Part shown: in pieces, positions 43,945 to 45,154 of the stretch
How positions within the stretch are numbered: the first letter of the stretch is position 1
Layout of the letters: each line of letters starts with the position of its first letter
DNA from: Methanosarcinales archaeon
GTDB taxonomy: Archaea; Halobacteriota; Methanosarcinia; Methanosarcinales; Methanogasteraceae
Direction: 5' to 3'
NCBI GenBank assembly: GCA_021159385.1
Contig: JAGGRW010000001.1
Span: 1 to 45,154, forward strand
Length of the DNA stretch: 45,154 nucleotides
Translations under genes and position numbers: made by a program
Notes under the pieces: generated by a model
What the model saw: only the letters and a program-made list of their open reading frames with translations
Told to the model about the DNA's origin: nothing
Database searches by the model: none

Positions 43945-44149
43945 CCTGATTCTGATGGCTTCTGTGGTCACTATCGGTAGCCTTTACAGGTGTAGAGATC
44001 GCGGGCACCTCTCTCTGCATCCTTGCGCCTTTGTGCCTTTGCGTTATATCAGAGGGAACGCCAAGACGCGAAGGCGCAGAGTCGCAAAGAATGAAAAGCC
44101 CACCCCATATCAGCATCTCTTGAAACCCACAGAATCCATCAGAACCGGG
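43945..44149 (+). repeat. MITE-like repeat element, copy R2 (intact terminal inverted repeats)
   Basis: The left TIR ttctgatggcttctgtgg (43950-43967) matches the reverse complement of ccacagaatccatcagaa (44127-44144) at 17 of 18 positions. The direct repeat gctttt (ggcttttc with ambiguous borders) is at 43938-43945 and 44149-44156. The orientation is the same as R1. Confidence 0.7.
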
Positions 44150-44291
44150 GCTTTTCGAGGGGTTCGGATATGCGGAGGTCAGAATGTCATGCCAGTGGAT
44201 TTGATGTCAGATTGACAGGTCATTTCGGAGATACTGCATCTTCCGACAGATTTAAATAAGGGGTGAAAAGAGGGGGGCTCACGTGATATTT

Positions 44292-45062
44292 ATGAACAGA
44301 AACATAAGACTGATTGGAATTTTGGCGATGATGTTGCTTGTGGCAACGGTACAGATGGCGGGCGCGAACATAGCAGATCATGTCGTGATAAGTGAGATTT
44401 GTGTGACTGGTGACACGGAATGGGTGGAACTGTATAACCCGACAGATGGAGCTATAGATTTAAGTAATACACCCATATATTTGTGCTATTATTCACACGG
44501 AAAGGATTGGAATGTGTCATTTAAGCCAGGAACTGCTAAAAAGGAATTATCAGGAACTATCCCTACGCATGGATTCTATTTGGTAAGAATCGACGGATCA
44601 ACCGATGACATACCCAATCCTGACTATGATTGGGGCTATGAGGGAGTTGCTAGCACTTTATCTGATTCACAAGGTTCCATTGGGATTTTTCCTTGTGATC
44701 CGAGTACATACGCCAATTCTAACGCTGCAAATGCCGGAAGAATAGATGCCGTAGCATGGGGTACTGTTAGTTCTGTCAAGGAAGGTGATGAAGCCAGTGT
44801 CCCCGACTCTACCAAAACCATCCAACGAAAAGTCAGCGATACTATAGATAGCCACCCCGACTACGGTCCTGCATGGGATTCAGATAACAACAGTGCCGAT
44901 TTCTTCATTCAAGATTCGCCGAACCCAGTAAACTCTACTATGAGTTCTGGAAATCCGGTAGCCCCGCTCCCCGAACTCCCCACAATCACCCTCACAGCAA
45001 CAGGCATACTCGTGCTCGCGGGATACGCCAGTCTGCGCAGGAGCAGGAAAACGGATAAGTGA
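44292..45062 (+). CDS. Secreted lamin-tail-domain (LTD) protein with a C-terminal archaeosortase-type sorting-signal-like tail
   Basis: Signal peptide MNRNIRLIGILAMMLLVATVQMAGA. The LTD core is VVISEICVTGDTEWVELYNPTDGAIDLSN...GFYLV. The C-terminus PLPELPTITLTATGILVLAGYASLRRSRK is a Pro-rich motif plus a TM helix plus a basic tail. The ORF opens at a GTG (44283). Confidence 0.7.
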   Translation: MNRNIRLIGILAMMLLVATVQMAGANIADHVVISEICVTGDTEWVELYNPTDGAIDLSNTPIYLCYYSHGKDWNVSFKPGTAKKELSGTIPTHGFYLVRIDGSTDDIPNPDYDWGYEGVASTLSDSQGSIGIFPCDPSTYANSNAANAGRIDAVAWGTVSSVKEGDEASVPDSTKTIQRKVSDTIDSHPDYGPAWDSDNNSADFFIQDSPNPVNSTMSSGNPVAPLPELPTITLTATGILVLAGYASLRRSRKTDK

Positions 45063-45154
45063 CCCCGCCCCGCTCAACTGACTGCGGAGATTCGCAAAGG
45101 CTAATACCTCCGGCATTGAATAAATCGAAGTATGGGCGAGACAGCAATCAAAAA

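Overview
This is an archaeal chromosomal window. PolD small subunit, ribosomal protein S3Ae, a class I CCA-adding enzyme, ApgM and a full coenzyme M pathway point to a methanogen or ANME-type euryarchaeon (Methanomicrobia-like). I support about 40 genes. The housekeeping backbone is PolD DP1, a HisA/HisF-like barrel, MoaE, cca, apgM, ileS, hom, rps3ae, argS and metG. The most notable locus is one tightly coupled minus-strand operon (5883-12967). It encodes the coenzyme M pathway (comF-like, comA, comB, comC, fused comDE), headed by three uncharacterised genes: a soluble ABC ATPase, a HypB/UreG-like G3E GTPase and a Cys-rich putative Fe-S protein. All eight genes sit behind one TATA-like box, and a KamA-family radical SAM gene lies just upstream. 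Accessory material sits between the core genes: a decayed ISAs1 transposase, a 3' group II intron remnant with a recognisable domain V, and two toxin-antitoxin-like pairs (UPF0175/DUF3368-PIN and HEPN/nucleotidyltransferase). There is also an AT-rich three-gene island between argS and metG, a 1426-aa FG-GAP/dockerin secreted protein, a lamin-tail-domain protein, and two direct copies of a MITE-like element bracketing an MFS transporter gene. A pervasive feature is short tandem or inverted 'word' repeats of 7-10 nt. They occur in intergenic regions, directly upstream of start codons, and as in-frame low-complexity inserts inside otherwise conserved housekeeping proteins. I saw no rRNA, tRNA or CRISPR array. 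All family assignments come from motif recognition by eye on the supplied translations; no searches were run.
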